Below are positions 59,705 to 64,000 of a stretch of 64,000 nt of DNA, one piece after another. Both the position numbers and the translations under genes were made by a program. Origin of the DNA: the human T2T-CHM13v2.0 reference genome, Homo sapiens; the NCBI RefSeq assembly GCF_009914755.1, contig NC_060947.1; one strand, given 5' to 3'. Each line of letters starts with the position of its first letter. The stretch's first letter is position 1. Under the pieces are notes generated by a model that searched no databases, was not told the origin of the DNA, and saw only the letters and a list, made by a program, of their open reading frames with translations.

Positions 59705-60285
59705 GTGTCAAAGATACTTAAAGTAGTGAAAACAGATCTTATTCAGTAACTACTAACAATGCTGAAAAAAGCTGAGCTCCATTCCAATTTGTGCAAAGGT
59801 GGTTTGGGCATTTTAAAGGGAGAATGATGTTGGGGGCTGAGTAGAGTCAGAGAAGTGAAAACTACAAAATATTGGTCAGTGTAAATGCACTGTGTTTAGG
59901 CCATCTGTGTTTGTTAGCCGGCAGTTATCAAAGTTAGGATTTGTCCTTCCACAGAGACTGGAAGACAGGGTTCCTATCTTTCTTGATTACATTTCAAAGA
60001 AATGGCTCTCAGGTCCTTGGGAGAGACATTTCTAAATTGTAAGAGATACATATTCACTGTAATAAGCCCTTTTAAATAAGTGCTCTAAAAAAGGGAGGTC
60101 AGGGTCTTATCATCAGATTTTGGCAAGAACAAACAGTATATTTTCCTGGCAGCATTGAACTTTCTCAGGCAGTCATTTTAGTGGGGTTTGGGGTCAATTA
60201 TAGGGACCCAGCCTTAGGCTGTGAGAAACCATGCTAGAGTTTAGTTAGTTCCCTTACTACTACAGGGGTTTGGACAGAAGTGTTA
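59705..60285 (-). mobile_element. ERV1-type solo LTR (MER67-like)
   Basis: About 580 bp starting TGTCA on +; minus strand reads CTTCTGTCCAAACC...AAACTCTAGCATGG...CAGCCTAAGGC, resembling my recollection of MER67. Confidence 0.5.
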
Positions 60286-62849
60286 GTTCCAGGAGTTCTG
60301 CAGTTCTCCCCTGTTAGAAACTCTAAGGATGTCCATGGCTATATTTATGTGACAAAACATTATATAAATGGTTGATGTTAACAACCTGCCAAAGATTATT
60401 TTTCTTACTCCCTCCCTCCTAGGCCTTTTGCAACCCCCACCCCCATTACAGAGAAAGGGGAACAATCCTGTGTGCAACCAGCTCTCCATACCTGGCCCCC
60501 ACAGCTGGATCTCAGGGTGATCTCCTTTACCACCTGGAATGATAAATACCTTCTTCCAGGACAGCAGCCCTCTTTATCTTGCAGAAGGAGGCAATCCAGG
60601 CTGGGTCCTTCGCCAGGGTACCATTTTCCTGCAGCCTCTACAGGAAAATAAGCTCGTCTGAGCTGTGGCCTGAGCAGGTCAAGTCTTCAGTAGAGAGGTC
60701 AACTTTAGAAACAATGGCTATTCTTGTGTCTTCCCTTTCTCTATCCTCCTTCCCTTCTATATTACCAAAGAAGTGAACACTTAGAGGACAGAAACTTTAT
60801 CCTGTCTAGCCCATGCCAAAGAAGATGTTCTCAAGAGAAGAACAGTTTGAAAGAGGCTGCTTGGACCTTAGGCCTCAGCTCCCAACTCCCTCCCTAACTC
60901 TTTCCCCTTAGAAAGGAAATCATCCTCACTGACTGAAGCCCTGAGTGGCAAGTCAGCAGGTGGTTTCCTGTAGGACACTGAGGTCTGCTTAAATAGACCA
61001 CCCATATGCTTCCATAAAAATATCTTGTGTATTGGAGTCTACAAATAATATATTCTTGATGCACCTAAACCTCACTAATTCATAACCACCTGGGGTTAAC
61101 ATTTGCCTGAAGTATTTTCTAAAGAAAACAAAGACTAGTGATTCTAACAACCCAGATGTTGTTTGACTTCAGCTACCCAGGTGTTGACAAGTAGTAGTTT
61201 TAAAAGCAGTTGTATGGCATGGAAATATCACTAGACTAAGATACAACTGGTTTGGGTCACAGTTCTGAAATCATCAAATGGTAGATATGTGACTGGGATT
61301 TTCTATCAATTTATTGAAAACAGCATTAAGTGGCCTAGAAAGATGTGAGTAACTTTCCCAAGTTCACACAGCTAGTAAGTGACAGAAAAAGTACCGTCCA
61401 GATCTAGAGTTCTTAACCATTCCAAATATATTGCCCCATCCTTATCAGGTGCTTGTTTATTCCTATGGTTTCTAGAGAGCAAAAGTATTAATATTTCAGG
61501 GTACACTTTTTTGCAACTTTTTTTGGCAACTATCTTCAAATCCTGCCTGCAGAGAATTCCTAAAGATATTGTTGAGCACTCATTGAGATGGAAGACAAAC
61601 CCTGTTCAACGAGAAATCTTACTGTCTGGAGATCCCCTCTAAGAAAGAAGAAGGAGACTGCAGGGGTCTTGTCTGAACATGAAAGACACTTATGAGTTGG
61701 TCTAGATTGTCAGTATTGGAGGATTTAGGGGCAGCAATCCTTGGGGCAGGGGGAATTTCCTTGAAATCCACATATGCCAGTCTAGCTCAGCTTTTGCTTG
61801 GTTTGTATGTTTATTTCTGGATGGCTTGTGTGTGTATGAAGCTGATGTAGAGAAGGGGCAGGAAAAGATTTTCTAACCACTCATCCCTGAAAGAGGGCAC
61901 TCCTAGGACTCAGGAACTGAAAGTGATTATATTCTCCGTGTTGTCTCCCTAGGAAGGATCCAAATCATAGGTTAAAGGGAATTCTGGATGGAATATATAC
62001 AGGATGATGAATCCATATCTAACCAATACCTATTCTGCAAGCCCCAACATGGCCAAAACTTCAATACTTGGTGGACATTGATGGCCCACAGAGTCTGCAA
62101 ATGAACTCAGGCCTTTCCATCTTCCAAATGAGTTCACAAAGATAAGAAAGATATTTTGTCTGGTGTTCTAAAGGCTTAATAGTGACTTGCATTGGAGTAA
62201 TTTGTACAGCATCCTCTGTAAGTCTTGTTTACCAGACACTCACTTCTACCCCTAAGTGTTTCTTAGTGGGCGTTAATTCTAAATTGGTGCCTAAAGGATG
62301 GGAGTACTCAAATCTCTCTTGGTCTTCAAAGGAATGGCTGTGGACACAGAGAGACTATACCTTTTCCCACACCATAGGCATGTGCCCTGCAAGTCTCACT
62401 CTTGTCACTTCTGGAAAACTGCACGTGGTCTCTGTGACACAGGGCTATTTCCCACTTCTGTTCTTCAACTCTGAGCAACCCTGGGCAGGTCAGAAGTTCT
62501 TTCAGGTCATTGTTCTTTCAAGATTCCAAAAAAATTACTTAACACTTCTGGAGCTCCAGAAACGATGATATTTGACGCTCTCTAAATGAGATAAGCAGAT
62601 AAGGCTGGAGGCTTGAAGAGGTTCAGCTGGAGAAGACTCATAGGTCAGAGTAGGGAGACTGGACAGAAATGCATACTCTATACCAAGACAGCTCTCATGG
62701 AGCCCCAGTGGTGGAACAAGGAAGAGCCTGGAGAAATTTCAGCTTCACTTTCATTCTCCTGAGTGCTATCATCTTGCTTCTCCACTCTGACCATGCAGCC
62801 TTTCTTTGTATATTCCAAAAGTCAGAAAATTTGAGGGGGATTATTGGAC

Positions 62850-63045
62850 AGGCCCAGAGTGGGGATCCTTGGACTCCAAGCCCAGTTCTCATTGACTGGC
62901 TGTGTGACCTTGGGCATATTAGTTAAGCCTCAGTTTCCTGTAGTGTTAAGTGGGACTATTAAAATGCTTCTTAGAGAAATGGTGGAAAGATTAGATCTAA
63001 GAACATGAAGAACCCAGCACAGTGCCTGACGCATATTTAGTATTA
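62850..63045 (+). mobile_element. MIR
   Basis: GGCTGTGTGACCTTGGGCA...AGCCTCAGTTTCC...CAGCACAGTGCCTGAC. A further MIR-like piece lies at ~61330-61420 on minus. Confidence 0.75.
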
Positions 63046-63419
63046 AAACAATTGGCAGCATTACATTGATCATCGTTGTCCAGATGCTACATGTTCCCCT
63101 TGGCAGATTTCTTTCTCTCTTTACTGGAGCCCCCCAGAAGAGCTGACATGTTTGTGGACCCAGAAATTGCACCAATCCAAAAAGTCAGAGTAAAAAAAAC
63201 TTGGCAACTTAACGTGCTTGCTTCCATACCCTCTCCCGTCTCACAAGCATGTATGGGTTAACAGTCCAAGGGAGCTGAAGAATGAGAGAATTGCTGTTTA
63301 GCACACAGGCAAGATTTTGTTCCAAGGTCCCAGATTTTGAGTTGGATACTCTCCCGCCTGACAACCCCACCCCACCCCATTTTCAAGAACCCTTTCAGAC
63401 CAGACTTTCCAATTACTCA

Positions 63420-63660
63420 TTTTCTCGTCGCTAGAAGCCCTGCCCTTAGCATTCAGACTTTGGAATGCTACCGATGGGAAGATCACTGAGACTGGGCTGT
63501 ATTGCCCTAGCAACCGCGGAGTGCGCCTGCGCAGTGGCATCCCCAGGCCGACAGCTCTAATTAGGCTTCTGCATCTCAACCGGCCAGACTTTGGATACAA
63601 AACGGCATATCTTCCTTCTCCCTGCCGCTCCCCCAGCGAAACGATTGTGTCGTTCTCTTC
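63420..63660. promoter_or_regulatory. Promoter-like CpG-enriched element with RFX X-box-like site (63501-63514) and NRF1 motif (63522-63533)
   Basis: ATTGCCCTAGCAAC, then TGCGCCTGCGCA after a 7-bp gap; local CpG cluster in otherwise CpG-poor unique DNA. Confidence 0.65.
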
Positions 63661-64000
63661 CTGAGGCTGATGAAAATGTGAGGAATGTCTTCCAACTCTC
63701 TCCCATCTAATAGGAGGTAGCAGATGGGAGTAGCCCCCGGTGATTAAATGGATGAAAAAGGCAGAAAGCTTCTGTGTGCCAGGAAATGAAGACATATAGA
63801 TCCTACACTACCGGTAGGCAGCAGCCATCCCTCTGTAATAAGTGATTTTCCATATGACACTCATCCTTATACCAGGGCTCCGTCTCAGAAATTGTTACCT
63901 GCTGGCTCTCTAGGGAAGGCTTATGGGGAGCTATGAGACAGGTTAGAAGCTGTAAGGGGGATCAGAATGAAGACAGCCTAAATGCAAACACTCACCTTAA

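Noticed and set aside
63298-63795. 165-aa minus-strand ORF across the promoter-like element
   Set aside because: No recognisable domain; explained by local GC richness.

Overview
Primate (catarrhine/hominoid-like) genomic DNA, mostly nested LINE-1, LTR, DNA-transposon and SINE relics. It matches my recollection of the X-linked TTC3P1 locus (Xq13.3, near MAGEE2). The centrepiece is a full-length, intronless retrocopy of TTC3 on the minus strand (about 20642-28896), with poly(A) tail, AATAAA and a target-site duplication. Its ~6 kb reading frame is uninterrupted. The parental ATG is lost (ACG), a new strong-Kozak ATG lies 10 codons downstream, the only premature stop falls just after an intact RING-H2 finger, and the leader is a CpG-rich, in-frame GCN/polyalanine tract. 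This looks more like a retrogene than a dead pseudogene. The non-repeat islands also show (i) three ancient ~700-bp-spaced tandem units, each with an RFX X-box-like core, just upstream of the retrocopy, (ii) an X-box + NRF1 promoter-like element at 63.5 kb, and (iii) a series of minus-strand exon-like segments with ankyrin-like peptides, suggesting a decayed multi-exon host gene. Four L1 insertions show twin-priming inversions, two of them without TSDs. Repeat subfamily calls and comparisons with human TTC3 are from memory, not from searches.
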